A DNA stretch of 20,382 nt, taken from NCBI RefSeq assembly GCF_004010195.1, contig NC_057720.1, positions 8,614,688-8,635,069 of the forward strand, read 5' to 3'. Positions 18,878 through 20,382 of the stretch are shown here, piece after piece. This DNA is from Chiloscyllium plagiosum. Lineage: Eukaryota. Each line of letters begins with the position of its first letter. Within the stretch, counting starts at the first letter, position 1. The notes below the pieces were generated by a model that worked only from the letters and a program-made list of their open reading frames with translations, did not search any database and had not been told where the DNA came from. Made by a program: the position numbers and the translations under genes.

Positions 18878-18887
18878 TTCCTGCTCG

Positions 18888-19393
18888 TTTTAGTCCCCTT
18901 ACTTGAGGAAGGATGTAGTGGCATTGGAGGCAGTTCAGAGGAGATTCATTGGATTGATCCCAGAGATAAGGGGTTTGTCATATGCAGAGAGATTGAACAG
19001 TTTAGGCCTGTGCTGTCTCGAATTTAGAACAATAATGGGAGATCAAATTGAGGTATTCAAGATGATAAAAGGTGCAGATAAAATTGATGTGAAGCAGGTG
19101 CTTTCTCTTGTGGGGCACTCTAGGACGAGGGGATAAGGGATAACAAATTTAAAACAGAACTGGGGAGAAACTATTTCTCCCAAAGGGCTGTGAATCTGTT
19201 ACCACACAGTGTGATGGATGCTGGAACAGTGAGTAAATTTAAGGAAGGGTTAGACAGATTTTTATTTGGTAATGGGTTGAAGGGTTATGGAGAGAAGGCA
19301 GGAAAACAGAGGTTGAGGAGCATATCAGCCATGATCGAATGGCGGAGCAGACTCAATGGGCTGAAAGGCCTAATTCTGCCCCAATATTTTATG
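18888..19393 (+). mobile_element. CR1-type LINE 3' fragment
   Basis: PLLEE/RKDVVALEAVQRRFIGLIPEIRGLSYAERLNSLGL..GDQIEVFKMIKG. Tail GGGCTGAAAGGCCTAATTCTGC..TATG. Confidence 0.9.
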
Positions 19394-19699
19394 AAATTAT
19401 GAGAACAGTCTGTGCCTCTTTAGGTCCTCCACAAAGCAGATGTTGTTCCATCATGTGACCTCTACATACACCATTGACAATAGACAGTTTTATTTCCTCC
19501 ACTTGACAACAATAAAGAAACCTTGTACTCATACACTTCAGTACCATTAGAATGGGCTTAATTCCCAAATAATTACAGTTAAACCATCTGAAATAATTAT
19601 TATTAATTCCATGCATTAAAATTGTACTTCATAATCATCATTGTGTTGAGCTCTGTATTCATGTGATACATGTAATTATTCAGAAAGACATTAAAAATT

Positions 19700-20038
19700 A
19701 CACCACAAAGTGCTCTGCATGCAATGATTTACTTTGAAGAGTAATAGTAAGTAGACCAAGGACCCACACTCAGTAAAGAGGCCACACAACCATTTAATCT
19801 GCTTTTGTTGATGCCAGCAGAGAAATTACATCTGGTCTTAACAACTTCCTTGATCTCATTTTTTAAAAAAATGCTGCAAAGTTAACCTGAAGCATCAGTA
19901 AGGATGGCACCCCTGACTGTGCAATACTCCCCTAGTACTATACAGGCATGGCAGTGGGGATGATATGCCCAAATCTGTAGAATTAAATTCAAAATCTTTC
20001 TCAGGAGAAAGGGTGATCCCAATTGAGTCACAGCTGAC
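19700..20038 (-). mobile_element. Old DeuSINE-like SINE (SacSINE1/AmnSINE1-related)
   Basis: Minus GTCAGCTGTGACTCAATTGG head, then TAGTACTAGGGGAGTATTGCACAGTCAGGGGTGCCATCCTT resembling the Deu domain (recalled consensus CAGTACTGAGGGAGTGCTGCACTGTCGGAGGTGCCGTCTTT). Confidence 0.55.
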
Positions 20039-20070
20039 ATCTCCATTAAGTGTTTTATTTTGGTCAATAC

Positions 20071-20382
20071 TCATAGATTTGACTGAGACAGGGTGGGGGG
20101 AGGGGAAATGAGGAAACTGGTGAAATCCGAGTTCATCCCTTGTGGTTGGAGGGTTCCTAGGCGGAAGTTGAGGCGTTCTTCCTCCAACCGTCGTTTTGTT
20201 GTGGTCTGACGATGGAGGAGTCCAAAGACCTGCATATCCTTGGTGGAGGGGGAGGGGGAATTGAAATGTTGAGCCACAGGGTGGTTGGGTTGGTTGGTCC
20301 GGGTGTCCCAGAGGTGTTCTCTGAAACACCCCGCAAGTAGGCGGCCTGTCTCCCCAATATAGAGGAGACCACATCGGGTGCA
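20071..20382 (-). mobile_element. Penelope-like retroelement, GIY-YIG endonuclease C-terminal part (partial, runs off window)
   Basis: Frame open from 20382: CTRCGLLYIGETGRLLAGCFREHLWDTRTNQPNHPVAQHFNSP..RRLEEERLNFRLGTLQPQGMN. CxxC..YIGET, FxEH, HF, E and PxGxN motifs are typical of PLE GIY-YIG domains. Confidence 0.9.

Noticed and set aside
19895..20374. 159-aa minus ORF
   Set aside because: Alternative frame over the GIY-YIG region and adjacent SINE; the meaningful frame is the one ending at 20071.

Overview
Eukaryotic, repeat-dense, CpG-depleted non-coding DNA (intronic or intergenic), most likely from a shark or other cartilaginous fish, inferred from the repeat families. No intact host gene is recognisable. 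Nearly all ORFs in the supplied track are decayed retroelement pieces or antisense readings of repeats. The window is a mosaic of: many 5'-truncated CR1/HER1-type LINE fragments, often nested; about 7 HE1-like tRNA-derived SINEs; three other SINE families (including a DeuSINE-like one and one sharing its 3' tail with a second LINE family); Tigger/pogo-like MITEs; and two local tandem duplications. The most notable signal is a Penelope-like element (PLE) system. It comprises an open GIY-YIG endonuclease frame at the right edge, a second decayed GIY-YIG fragment, and at least 8 very short PLE terminal-repeat pieces. Several of these pieces carry minimal hammerhead-ribozyme cores (CTGATGA...GAAA), several are fold-back/inverted, and four are flanked by 13-17 bp target-site duplications. 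A candidate 20-nt minus-strand micro-exon and a strong CTCF motif lie in the repeat-free islands. Family names are from pattern recognition, not database search, and repeat boundaries are approximate.
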